A program made the position numbers and the translations under genes. A DNA stretch of 64,000 nucleotides from an uncultured bacterium (GTDB lineage Bacteria; Verrucomicrobiota; Verrucomicrobiia; Limisphaerales; UBA8199): assembly GCA_963749495.1 (NCBI GenBank), contig CAVVMW010000015.1, positions 32,001 to 96,000 on the forward strand, given 5' to 3'. The notes beneath the pieces were generated by a model. It saw only the letters and a program-made list of their open reading frames with translations, was not told the DNA's origin and ran no database searches. Positions within the stretch are counted from its first letter, which is position 1; each line of letters starts with the position of its first letter. This document shows positions 54,450 to 63,860 of the stretch, piece after piece.

Positions 54450-54638
54450 GGAGGCCAAAAGGACAGAGGCCGGAAGGACAGAGGCCGGAGGACAGAGGCC
54501 GGAAGGCGGATGGCAGAGTCATTGTTGGCAGAATCATTGCACGTGTCCCTCGTCCCTCGACCCTCGTTCCGCGACCCTCGTCCCCCCGGCCCCTCGCCCC
54601 TCGCCCCTCGACCCTCGACCCTCGACCCTCGACCCTCG
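54450..54638. repeat. Purine-rich (GACAGAG/GCCGGAG)n array then (CCCTCGA)n array
   Basis: 54450-54517 and 54547-54638. Confidence 0.85.
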
Positions 54639-54651
54639 TTTACACTCCCGA

Positions 54652-56910
54652 ATGAATAACCTGACTCCCCTTCTGGCGGCGGCGCAGCCCGCCTGCCCGA
54701 CCCTGACGGGTCTGGACTGGCTGGCCATTGCGCTCTACTTCAGCGTCTTGCTCTGCGTGGCCTGGTGGGTGGTGCGGCGGCGCAAAGACACCGCTGCGGA
54801 TTACTTCCTGGCGGGGCGCAACCTGAGCTGGTGGATAATCGGGGCGTCGATCTTTGCCTCGAACATCGGTTCGGAGCACATCGTGGGGCTGGCCGGGTCC
54901 GGCGCCGCCGATGGCGTGGCGATGGCGCACTACGAGTTGCACGCGTGGTGCCTGTTGGTGCTGGCGTGGGTGTTCGTGCCGTTTTATGCCCGCTCGCTGG
55001 TCTTCACGATGCCGGAGTTTCTCGAGCGCCGTTTCTCCACCAAATCGAGATATGTGCTCTCGATTGTCTCGCTGATCACGTTCGTGGTCTCGAAGATCGC
55101 GGTCGGCATTTTCGCCGGCGGCGTCGTCTTCTCCGTGCTCTTGCCGGATATTCACCTGGACGTGGCCGGGTATGCGGTTGACAGCTTTTGGCTTGGCTCG
55201 ATAGCGGTCATCGTGCTCACGGGGCTCTACACTGCCCTCGGAGGCATGAGGGCGGTGGCCTACAACGACGCGGTCCAGGTGCTCGTGCTGATCTGCGGCT
55301 CGGCGCTGCTGACGGTCTATGGTTTGATCAAGCTGGGCGGGTGGGGCCACTTGCGCCACCTCTGCGGGTCGGACATGTTCAACCTCTGGAAACCGCTCAT
55401 CCCGGCGGGCGTCCAGTCCACCTGGTCGCCGGTCCTGGAAACCGCCGCCGACGGCCACGTCGTTAGGCAGGCCTGGTACTTCAACGGGTATTACCCCTGG
55501 CTGGGCATGCTCTTCTGTGCGCCCATCATCGGCCTCTGGTACTGGTGTACCGACCAATACATCGTCCAGCGCGCCCTGGGCGCGCCCAACGAACAGACCG
55601 CCCGCCGCGGCAGCATCTTTGCCGGGTTCCTCAAGCTCTTTCCCGTGTACCTCTTCATCATCCCGGGCCTGATCTGTTTCGCGTTGGCAAAGAGCTACAG
55701 CGTCCCCGGCCTGGCCGGCGGCTATACATTCCTGGAAGAGCACATTCGCCCGGAAGGGCTGCCTTCGTTCACTGAGAAGCTCAAACAACAGAAGGACCCG
55801 GTCTCACAATGGGTCTGGAGCCAGCTCTCTGCCGAAACCCGCCGGCTGGTCTCGGACTATACTACCAATTCGCGCCCCGCCAACTTGCAGAGGGCCCTGG
55901 CGGCGGACCTGACCAAGTCCGTCGAGGAGGGTTCGATCTATGACACGCAGCGGTTCGCCGGCGTGACCTTGTCCGCTGAAACCAAGCAGGTGCAAGGGTT
56001 GCTGGCGGAAGAGCAGGGGCAATTGCCCGCCATCACGGACCCCGGGAAGGCCCAGAAGGCCGGGAGCCAGACGCAGTTCCTCACCCGGCGCCTGAACCGG
56101 TTGCTCATCGAGGATGCATATCCCGATGAGATCGAGATCGACCGGTTGGTGGCGCGCGATGGGAAGGGCAACGGCAAAGCCAGCCAGGGCGCCTTTCCGC
56201 TGATGGTCAAGCACCTCTTGCCCCCGGGCCTGCGCGGCATCGTGGTCGCCGGCCTGCTCTCGGCGCTGATGGGGTCGCTGGCGGGCGTGTTCAACGCCTG
56301 CTCGACCCTTTTCACCGTGGACCTCTACTCGAAATGGAAACCGGCCGCGACCCAGCACCAGATCGTGCGCACCGGCCGCATCGCCACTATCACCATGGTG
56401 ATTATTGCCCTGCTCTGGATACCGGTCGTGCAAGGCGCCCACAGCCTCTACAACTACCTCCAGGCCGTCCAAGGCTACCTGGCTCCGCCCATCTTCGTGG
56501 TCTTTTTCTTCGGCGTCTTCTGGAAACGCCTCAACGCCCAGGGCTGTCTCTGGGCCATGATCGTCGGCTTCGCCCTCGGCCTGTTCCGCATGTTGGTCGA
56601 TACGCCCGTGACTCTGGGCCTCAAGGGGTTCGAGAATGGCTACGCCCAAGGCTCGTTCCTTTGGGTCGTCAACCACATTTACTTCCAGTACTTCAGCGTG
56701 TTCATCACCATCGTCTCGGCCGTGGTGATGGTGGCGGTGAGCTATGCCACCCGGGAGCCGGACTACAACGCCATCAAGAGCCTCACCTTCGGCACCGCCA
56801 CCGCGGAAGACCGCACCCGCACCCGCGCCAGTTGGGACCTGCGCGAGGTGCTCGCCTCCGGCCTGGTCCTGGCGGTGATCCTTGCGGGATACCTCTACTT
56901 CCGGGGTTAA
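54652..56910 (+). CDS. Sodium:solute symporter (SGLT-like) with a soluble insertion of about 150 aa
   Basis: DYFLAGR, ASNIGSEH, TMPEFLERRF, WYWCTDQYIVQR, ALMGSLAGVFN. Confidence 0.92.
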   Translation: MNNLTPLLAAAQPACPTLTGLDWLAIALYFSVLLCVAWWVVRRRKDTAADYFLAGRNLSWWIIGASIFASNIGSEHIVGLAGSGAADGVAMAHYELHAWCLLVLAWVFVPFYARSLVFTMPEFLERRFSTKSRYVLSIVSLITFVVSKIAVGIFAGGVVFSVLLPDIHLDVAGYAVDSFWLGSIAVIVLTGLYTALGGMRAVAYNDAVQVLVLICGSALLTVYGLIKLGGWGHLRHLCGSDMFNLWKPLIPAGVQSTWSPVLETAADGHVVRQAWYFNGYYPWLGMLFCAPIIGLWYWCTDQYIVQRALGAPNEQTARRGSIFAGFLKLFPVYLFIIPGLICFALAKSYSVPGLAGGYTFLEEHIRPEGLPSFTEKLKQQKDPVSQWVWSQLSAETRRLVSDYTTNSRPANLQRALAADLTKSVEEGSIYDTQRFAGVTLSAETKQVQGLLAEEQGQLPAITDPGKAQKAGSQTQFLTRRLNRLLIEDAYPDEIEIDRLVARDGKGNGKASQGAFPLMVKHLLPPGLRGIVVAGLLSALMGSLAGVFNACSTLFTVDLYSKWKPAATQHQIVRTGRIATITMVIIALLWIPVVQGAHSLYNYLQAVQGYLAPPIFVVFFFGVFWKRLNAQGCLWAMIVGFALGLFRMLVDTPVTLGLKGFENGYAQGSFLWVVNHIYFQYFSVFITIVSAVVMVAVSYATREPDYNAIKSLTFGTATAEDRTRTRASWDLREVLASGLVLAVILAGYLYFRG

Positions 56911-56921
56911 ATCGGAACGCC

Positions 56922-57065
56922 ACTGTTCAGGTGGGGACGTGTGGGGCAGACCTCCGGTCTGCCGCTTGCAGGGGCCTCTGGCCCCGAGCCCCGCAGATGC
57001 AAGGGACACGGAGCCGGAGGCTCCGTGAACCGGCAGACCAGAGGTCTGCCCCACACCTGAACAGT
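56922..57065. mobile_element. MITE-like element: IR ACTGTTCAGGTG / CACCTGAACAGT around a REP pair (GTGGGGCAGACC...GGTCTGCCCCAC)
   Basis: Perfect 12-bp outer IR plus inner inverted hairpin arms. Confidence 0.7.
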
Positions 57066-57134
57066 TACATCGGAACCACCGACGCTGGTGGTTTGATTTA
57101 GGGCCGCTTCTTTTTCGTTTTCACTCGTTACGGG

Positions 57135-57162
57135 TTGACAATCGCCCCTGGAAACGTACCCT
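57135..57162 (+). promoter_or_regulatory. Sigma70-like promoter of rpsU
   Basis: TTGACA-16 nt-TACCCT. Confidence 0.4.
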
Positions 57163-57240
57163 TTGCTGCCTGGCCAAAGGGGAAGGGCGGCCATGAAGGC
57201 CGTTTCCTCCCAAGGCTCTCGGAGAGGAAGTGAGAGAGTA

Positions 57241-57438
57241 TTGACGGAGATTAAGCTCAAGAAAGGCGAGTCAGTGGAGAAGGCCCTGCGGCGGTTGAAA
57301 AAGAAGATCGACCGGGAAGGGACACTGAAGGTTGTGCGCAACCACCGGCATTTTGAGAAGCCGAGCGAGCGCCGCCGGCGCAAGGAAAAGGCGGCGCGAT
57401 TCTCGGCAATGCTGAGCGCGCGCTACGCGGACATGTAA
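57241..57438 (+). CDS. rpsU: 30S ribosomal protein S21 (TTG start)
   Basis: EIKLKKGESVEKALRRLKKKIDREG...HFEKPSERRRRK. Confidence 0.93.
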   Translation: MTEIKLKKGESVEKALRRLKKKIDREGTLKVVRNHRHFEKPSERRRRKEKAARFSAMLSARYADM

Positions 57439-57541
57439 GGCAAGTCGTTGGATCTGCGGCCGGGCGGGCATTGCCGCCCGGCCGGCCTGCTGCGCAGGCT
57501 GGAGCATTGGAGAGATGTCGGAATGCTCCAGGGTGTTGTTT

Positions 57542-58455
57542 ATGTACTCGCTTTCCACCTGTTGGAATTGCCATCGGCACACGGATGGACGCGCCATGCT
57601 GCGCGAGATCCGGGAGTTGGGTTTTGAATATGCCGAGTTGAGCCACGGCACGCGCATCAGCCTGCTGCCGGGCATCCTGGAGGCGGTCGAGGCCGGAGAA
57701 ATTCGGATCTCCAGCCTGCACAACTTTTGTCCCCTGCCCATTGGGGTGACCCATGCCGCCCCCAATATCTACCAGTTCTCCGCCGAGCGCCCGCGCGAAC
57801 GCGAGATGGCCCTGCGCTATACGCTCAAGACCCTCGACTTTGCCCAGCGCGTCAAGGCCCCCGCCGTCGTTCTGCACTTGGGAAGCATCGAGATGAAAAA
57901 CTTCACCGACAAGCTCCTGGACATGCTCCAACGCGGTGGACGCGAAAGCCCCAAATACGCCAAGCTCTCCACCGAAGTGGCCGAAGGCTCGAGGCCCTCA
58001 AGGAACCTTACGTCGAGCGGACCAAGGACCTGCTGCGCAAGCTCCTGCCCGAGGCGGAGTCGCGCGGCCTCAAGCTGGGCGCCGAGAACCGCCAGGCCCT
58101 CGAAGAATTGCCGCTGGAGGCCGATTTCCAGTTCCTCTTCCGCGACCTGCCCAGCCCCAGCCTCGGCTACTGGCACGATACCGGTCACGCCGAGATCAAG
58201 CAGCACCTGGGCTTCATTCACCACGCGATGCACCTGGAGTCGCTCCGCGACCGCCTGGTCGGTTTCCACATCCACAACGTCCAGTTCCCCGGCCGCGACC
58301 ACTATGCCCCGGGCGCCGGCACCGTGGATTTCGCCGCGCTCAAGCCCTTCGTCAGACCCGAGCACATCAAAGTCTTCGAGCTGGGTCCGGCCCTCAAGCC
58401 CGAGGAGGTCCTCAGCGGAATCCAGGTGATCAAGAAGGTCTGGGGGGAAGCGTAG
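57542..58455 (+). CDS. Sugar phosphate isomerase/epimerase (AP endonuclease 2 TIM barrel); frameshift near 57985
   Basis: ELSHG, SSLHNFCP, LGAENR, YWHDTGH, GFHIHN, VFEL. Confidence 0.82.
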
Positions 58456-58462
58456 GACCTAA

Positions 58463-58928
58463 AAAGATACTGGACGCCTTGGGCGCCGGCGGGTCTTTCA
58501 CCGAGTACTACGCGCTGGACTGGAACGACGACGTGGTGCTCATGGGCCACGACGGGCCGGGGCACGTCAAGATCGCCCAGGGCAAGACCAAGGTGCGCCC
58601 GCTCAAGGTGTATCACGGCAAAGTGGGACGGGGTCTGTCCATCGAGATGTCGGTCCGGCACGGCCCGGTCACGTTGCTCTCCGTGGTCCAGACTGCCAAC
58701 GGGCGTTTGGAGTTGCTCGTGGCCGAAGGCGAGTCGGTGCCGGGTCCGATTTTGGAAATCGGCAATACCAATAGCCGTTACAGGTTCAGCCTCGGCGCGC
58801 GCGCCTTCGTCAACAACTGGAATCTCCACGGCCCGGCCCACCACTGCGCGGTGGGCGTCGGCCATATCGCCGGCAGAATCGACAAGCTCGGCAAGCTGCT
58901 CAACATGCCGGTGGCGCGCGTGTGTTAG
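58463..58928 (+). pseudogene. 3' fragment of an L-arabinose/L-fucose isomerase family gene
   Basis: GGSFTEYY, LMGHDGPGH, YHGKVGRG, GNTNSRYRF, GPAHHCAVGVGH; no start codon or N-terminal domains. Confidence 0.8.
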
Positions 58929-59074
58929 GGGGCCTATCACCCGGTCGTCAGGCTGCCCTACGGTGTGTGGCCACCCACCATGCTCCCTCTCCCCATTAGA
59001 TGGGGAGAGGGCCGGGGTGAGGGGTCGTCCCTGTGTAGTGCATCCCACGGACTGCTCAGTGTACTGGCGTAAGA

Positions 59075-59638
59075 TCAGTAAGGCACGGCTCCCAGGCGCA
59101 GCATTTCCTGCTCCGCCTCGCGGCCGTCCGCCGGGCGCGCGTTCACGGCGCGAATGGCCTCCTTCAGCAAAACCACCTTGAAACCCCTGCGCAGTCCGTC
59201 CTTCACCGTGCTCAGCACGCAGTAATCCGTGGCCAGGCCCCCCACGTAGATGCGCGCGACCGAATCCCGGCGCAGGCGCTCTTCCAGCGCGCTGCCTTCG
59301 AAACCCGAATAGGCCTCTTTGCCCGGCTCGGTCCCCTTGGATATGACAACGGCCGAGGCAGGAAGCTCGAGCGTGGCCGGGAACGCGGCGCCGTGCGTTT
59401 CCATCACGCAATGGGCCGGCCAGGGCCCGCCTTGGGCTGCAAAAGAACAATGGTTGGGCGGGTGCCAATCCCGGGTCGCGAAGATCGGCAGCCGCTCCGC
59501 TGCAAAACGGGCGATATAACTGTTGAGCACCGGGATGACCTCATCGCCCCCGGAAACCGCAAGCCGCCCTCCGGGCAGAAAATCATTCTGCACGTCCACC
59601 ACGACCAGGGCATCACCCGCCAATAATTTGGTTGTCAT
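59075..59638 (-). CDS. pncA: Nicotinamidase/pyrazinamidase
   Basis: VVDVQNDFLPGG, TRDWHP, WPAHCV, SKG, YSGF, GLATDYCV. Confidence 0.9.
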   Translation of the reverse strand: MTTKLLAGDALVVVDVQNDFLPGGRLAVSGGDEVIPVLNSYIARFAAERLPIFATRDWHPPNHCSFAAQGGPWPAHCVMETHGAAFPATLELPASAVVISKGTEPGKEAYSGFEGSALEERLRRDSVARIYVGGLATDYCVLSTVKDGLRRGFKVVLLKEAIRAVNARPADGREAEQEMLRLGAVPY

Positions 59639-59957
59639 CGCGCGATCCTCCGGGCGGCTCCAGCGCCCCACCCATATTACAATCTGGCCCAAGCCCCGGA
59701 AGTCAACAGGAACGTTTGCGAGGGGGCGCAATCGCACACCGCCCCTGTCAGCACTCCTGAACGGCCGGAGCGTGGACTTTAGTCCGCCTTGGAGGCCCAA
59801 TGTTCAGTAGGCCCGGCAAAGGCGTCGAAGTCCGCGCAAAGCGGGCCAAAGCCCACGCTCCGGGGGCAGTGTCCAAGTGCGCACTTGCGAGGCCAATCGG
59901 CTTCTTGCGCGTTGACGAACCACCGATGAGTTGTCAGATTCAGGCCCGTGGACGAGC

Positions 59958-60054
59958 CAACGACTTTGTTCATCATTACCGCCCGCTTGCGGACCGGTGG
60001 GAAGTGTATGAAAATTCGCACCGGGCACCCCGGCTATTGGAATCGGGACCATGA
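59958..60054 (+). pseudogene. C-terminal remnant of a COG4185-like ATPase
   Basis: NDFVHHYRPLADRWEVYENS...PRLL* with no Walker A upstream; ATGA overlap with the next gene. Confidence 0.55.
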
Positions 60055-60209
60055 AGCAAACCAGAAAGACCAAACGGCCTGGACAGCGGCTCACGCCTGC
60101 CGGCCGCGCGTTACGCCGCGCCGCCCGGGTGGCCCGCAAGATCGCCCGCGCTCACGGCACGCCTGTCTATTACTGGCGCGACGGCAAGGTCGTGGCCGAA
60201 AAGCCGTGA
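60051..60209 (+). CDS. 52-aa basic protein, typical partner of COG4185 ATPases (below the ORF-track cutoff)
   Basis: MKQTRKTKRPGQRLTPAGRALRRAARVARKIARAHGTPVYYWRDGKVVAEKP. Confidence 0.65.
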   Translation: MKQTRKTKRPGQRLTPAGRALRRAARVARKIARAHGTPVYYWRDGKVVAEKP

Positions 60210-60286
60210 CCCGGCGCTGAGCCGCTCCCCGCCTCTCGACACTCGGCACTCGACACTCCTGTCTGGATGGTCTATCCAGAATCCCT

Positions 60287-63200
60287 GTGCAACGACTCTT
60301 GCCGCTTCTGCTGACGGTGGCGCTGCTGGGCGCGCCAGCCGCGGGCACGCCCGTCATCTACTGCACCGATCTGTTCCATCCGCACGACGACCCGGACGAT
60401 CACTTCGACCTGGCCACGCTGGCTGCGCTGCCTGAACTGGAGGTCAAGGCCATCCTCCTGGACCAGGGCGACAAACAATTGAAACGGCCCGGCTCGATCC
60501 CCCTCCGGCAGATGATGCGCCTGACCGGGCGCCAGACGCCCTTTGCCATCGGGCTTGCGCAGAGACTGGCCTCCCCGGCGGACGACGGGCGGGCCCAGCC
60601 CGCCGAGTTCCAGGGGGCTGTCGAGCTGCTGCTCAAGACACTGAGGGAATCCCCCGAGCCGGTCACGATCATCACGGCCGGCAGCGTGCGGGACCTCTGT
60701 GCGGCTTGGAACCGCGAGCCCGCGCTGTTCCAACAGAAGGTCGGACGGCTTTACCTGAACATCGGCAATGCCGACAGCAGCCAGAGCGAGTACAACGTGG
60801 ACCTCGACCCCCGGGCCTATATCGGGGTGCTGCGCTCGGGGCTGCCGATCTATCTCTGCCTTTGCCTGCCGATGCAGCCCCAGGGTACGAATGCCGCCTT
60901 CAGCACCTGGTGGAAGTTCCGCCAGTCCGAGGTGCTCGACTCTGCGCCTGCCGGGCTGCAGCGCTATTTCATCTACGCCCTGCAACGTTGCGCCCCCGAG
61001 GAACTGGATCCCCTCAAAGCCCTCGAAGCCGACTTGCGCCCCTGGCGGCGGCTGGTCTGGGAGATGGACCGCAACATGTGGTGCACCGCGTCTCTGCTGC
61101 ACGCCGCCGGACGGACCGTCTGCAGGGTCAATGGCGCCTGGACCGCCTCCCGGCAGCCGCCATCCGAGGCCCGGGCCGAGCCGGTTTTCACGTTCGTCCC
61201 GGCTCGAATCGAGGTCAACCAATCGGGGCGGACCAGCCTGCTGCCGGATGCCGCCGACCCGAACAACAACCTCCGGCTTTTCAAAGTGCTCTCGCCCGAG
61301 AACTATCCTCGTGCCATGCGCGAGTGCCTGCGCGAATTGTTCCGAGGCGCTGCCGCCGGGCCGCTGCTGACTCATACGGATGTCTTCTCCTCCGGCAAGG
61401 ATGGCTACCACACGTATCGCATCCCGGCCGTCGAGGCGGCGCCAGACGGCTCGCTGATTGCCTTCGCCGAGGCCCGGAAATACAGCGCGGAGGACCCGGG
61501 CTTCGGCAAGCAGGACATCGACCTGGTCTATAAGCGCAGCACGGACAACGGCGTGAGCTGGTCTCCGATGACGGTCCTGGAAGATCCGGGCGAATTCTGG
61601 TCAGCCGCCAACCCGGCGACCGTGGTGGACCGGTCCAATGGCCGGTTGTGGGTCTTCTATTTGAGGTCGCGGCCCCAACGGAGCACCGAGACCGCCCGGC
61701 CCGGGACCGATGATGTGCAAACCCTGGCCCGATGGAGCGACGACAACGGCTGCACATGGTCCGAGCCGCTGGATTTGACTGCCACCGGGCGCGACATGCA
61801 GGATGGCACCTGGCGGGCGAGCGTGCCCGGCCCGGGCGGCGCCATCCAGGACCGCAACGGGCGCCTCATCGTCCCGATGTGGCGGATGCCCTTCGCCACG
61901 TTTGTCATCTATTCCGACGACCATGGGAGCCATTGGCAGCGGGGCCAGCTTGTGCCGGGAGATCAGGGCGGCGACGAATGCCAGGTGGTCGAGTTGGCCG
62001 ATGGCCGCATTCTCATGGACATCCGCCAGGAACATGGCCCAAACCGCTGGCTGGCCCAGAGCACCGACGGCGGAAAGACCTGGGCCGACGGGCGCCCAGG
62101 CCAGGGGGTGACGCCGGTGGCCTGCGCCATCGAGCGATTCACCCTCCTGGGCCCCGGCGATGACCGCAACCGCCTGCTCTGGACCGGACCCAGAGGCCCG
62201 GACCGCCGCCGCCTGGTCATCCGCGTCAGTTACGATGAGGGCAGGACCTTCACGCTCGAGCGGTTGGTCTCGCACGATTATGCGGCCTACTCTGACCTGA
62301 CCATCCTCAAGGACAAGACCGTGGGCATCCTGTGGGAACGCGGCACAGACCGCGGCTACCAGCACATCACGTTTACGCGGCTGAACCGGGAGTGGCTCGA
62401 AGAAACCCCCGCAGCGGCTTCGCCGCCGTCATCCAGTCCCCACCTCATCATTTCCCGGGGCCAATCCGCGGGGACTTACCAGGCCTTTCCCGATGTGTGC
62501 CGCCTGACAAACGGCGACCTGCTCTGTGTCTTCTATGGCGGCTACGGCCATGTCTCCTTGCCTCGAGACGACTGGCCCAGGGGCGGGCGGATTTGCTGCG
62601 TGCAGTCCAGGGACGAAGGCCGCACCTGGAGCGCCCCGCGCCTGCTCTACGACGGCCCATTCGACGACCGCGACCCCCACATCGCGCAGATGCGCGACGG
62701 CGCCCTCTGGTGCAGCTTCTTCACCTATCGCCCTCAACCTGACGGAAAGGCGCTCTGCGACACCTGCCTGGTGGGCTCTCGCGACGGCGGGCAAACCTGG
62801 GACACTGAGCCGCAGGTGGCCGCCTCCGGTTGGCCCAGTTCCGCCCCGGTGCGCGAACTGCCCGACGGCACGCGCATCCTGGGGGTGTACACCGAGGACG
62901 GCCCCACCGCTTACGGCGGCGTGGTCCGCTCGACCGACGCCGGAAAGACCTGGTCCGCGCCCATCCCCATCGGCAAGGACAGCGGCGTGCGCCTGGATGC
63001 CGAAACCAACTTCGTCCTGCTCAAGGACGGCACCCTCTACGCCGCCCTGCGCGGGGACCGCGTGAACATGCACTTCGCCACCAGCCCCGACGCCGGCCTG
63101 ACGTGGTCCCCGGTGAAGGACATCGGCTTCCCGGGGCACTGCCCGCATTTCACCCGCCTGAGCACCGGCGAGATCCTCCTGAGCCATCGCCTGCCTCTCA

Positions 63201-63460
63201 CCGCCTTGCACATCAGCCGCGACGAGGCCCGGACCTGGCAAGGCCCCTTCCAGCTCGACACCACCCCGGGTGCCTACCCCTCGACCGTTGAACTCAAGGA
63301 CGGCTCCGTCCTGGCCGTCTATTACGAGGAAGGCCCCAACAGCGCCATCCGCGCCCGCCGCTTCCGCCTCAAGGCGGACGGCATCGAGTTCCTTGATTTC
63401 CCGGCCCCGGACTCCAGCAGGCAACCTCCGAAGCCCTCAAGTGGATCAAATCAGCCATAG
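60287..63460 (+). CDS. Secreted fusion: nucleoside-hydrolase-like domain plus two BNR/sialidase-like propellers
   Basis: TDLFHPHDDPDDHFD, EYNVDLD; YRIP; many Asp boxes (STDNGVSW, SDDHGSHW, STDGGKTW, SRDEGRTW, STDAGKTW). Confidence 0.85.
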   Translation: MQRLLPLLLTVALLGAPAAGTPVIYCTDLFHPHDDPDDHFDLATLAALPELEVKAILLDQGDKQLKRPGSIPLRQMMRLTGRQTPFAIGLAQRLASPADDGRAQPAEFQGAVELLLKTLRESPEPVTIITAGSVRDLCAAWNREPALFQQKVGRLYLNIGNADSSQSEYNVDLDPRAYIGVLRSGLPIYLCLCLPMQPQGTNAAFSTWWKFRQSEVLDSAPAGLQRYFIYALQRCAPEELDPLKALEADLRPWRRLVWEMDRNMWCTASLLHAAGRTVCRVNGAWTASRQPPSEARAEPVFTFVPARIEVNQSGRTSLLPDAADPNNNLRLFKVLSPENYPRAMRECLRELFRGAAAGPLLTHTDVFSSGKDGYHTYRIPAVEAAPDGSLIAFAEARKYSAEDPGFGKQDIDLVYKRSTDNGVSWSPMTVLEDPGEFWSAANPATVVDRSNGRLWVFYLRSRPQRSTETARPGTDDVQTLARWSDDNGCTWSEPLDLTATGRDMQDGTWRASVPGPGGAIQDRNGRLIVPMWRMPFATFVIYSDDHGSHWQRGQLVPGDQGGDECQVVELADGRILMDIRQEHGPNRWLAQSTDGGKTWADGRPGQGVTPVACAIERFTLLGPGDDRNRLLWTGPRGPDRRRLVIRVSYDEGRTFTLERLVSHDYAAYSDLTILKDKTVGILWERGTDRGYQHITFTRLNREWLEETPAAASPPSSSPHLIISRGQSAGTYQAFPDVCRLTNGDLLCVFYGGYGHVSLPRDDWPRGGRICCVQSRDEGRTWSAPRLLYDGPFDDRDPHIAQMRDGALWCSFFTYRPQPDGKALCDTCLVGSRDGGQTWDTEPQVAASGWPSSAPVRELPDGTRILGVYTEDGPTAYGGVVRSTDAGKTWSAPIPIGKDSGVRLDAETNFVLLKDGTLYAALRGDRVNMHFATSPDAGLTWSPVKDIGFPGHCPHFTRLSTGEILLSHRLPLTALHISRDEARTWQGPFQLDTTPGAYPSTVELKDGSVLAVYYEEGPNSAIRARRFRLKADGIEFLDFPAPDSSRQPPKPSSGSNQP

Positions 63461-63518
63461 ATTGGGCTTGCCTTCTCCCGCCCCGCTCTCCATATTGCCG
63501 CACAAAACGAGACTATTT

Positions 63519-63752
63519 ATGGCTGACGTTGCAAATAAATACCCTGAAAACGTCCCCGGCAAGTATTACGTGGACAACCAGTGCATCAATTGCGATCTCT
63601 GTCGCGAAACGGCGCCGGACAATTTCAAACGCAACGAGGACGGCGGTTATTCCTACGTTTTCAAGCAACCCGAGTCGCCCGAGGAAGAGGGCCGCTGCAA
63701 AGAGGCCAAGGAAGGCTGCCCCGTCGAGGCCATTGGCGACAACGGGGCGTAG
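63519..63752 (+). CDS. Ferredoxin (single cluster)
   Basis: CINCDLC...CPVEAIG. Confidence 0.92.
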   Translation: MADVANKYPENVPGKYYVDNQCINCDLCRETAPDNFKRNEDGGYSYVFKQPESPEEEGRCKEAKEGCPVEAIGDNGA

Positions 63753-63771
63753 TCTGCCGATTCTTTTTTTC

Positions 63772-63805
63772 AGACCCGCGGGCGAGGTCCGCGGGTCTTT
63801 TTTTT
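63772..63805 (+). terminator. Rho-independent terminator, probably bidirectional
   Basis: AGACCCGCGG...CCGCGGGTCT stem followed by a T run. Confidence 0.8.
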
Positions 63806-63860
63806 GCTTCCGCGCCGGAACAGGCTTGGTTAAGCTCGTGTCAAGTAGTGTAATTGTATC

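Noticed and set aside
6340..57990. Treating the many frameshifted genes (GH127, amidase, LamG, RHS, topB, GH51, epimerase) as true pseudogenes or programmed frameshifts
   Set aside because: Single-base indels, many in short homopolymers and even in topB, with no other decay; most simply long-read error
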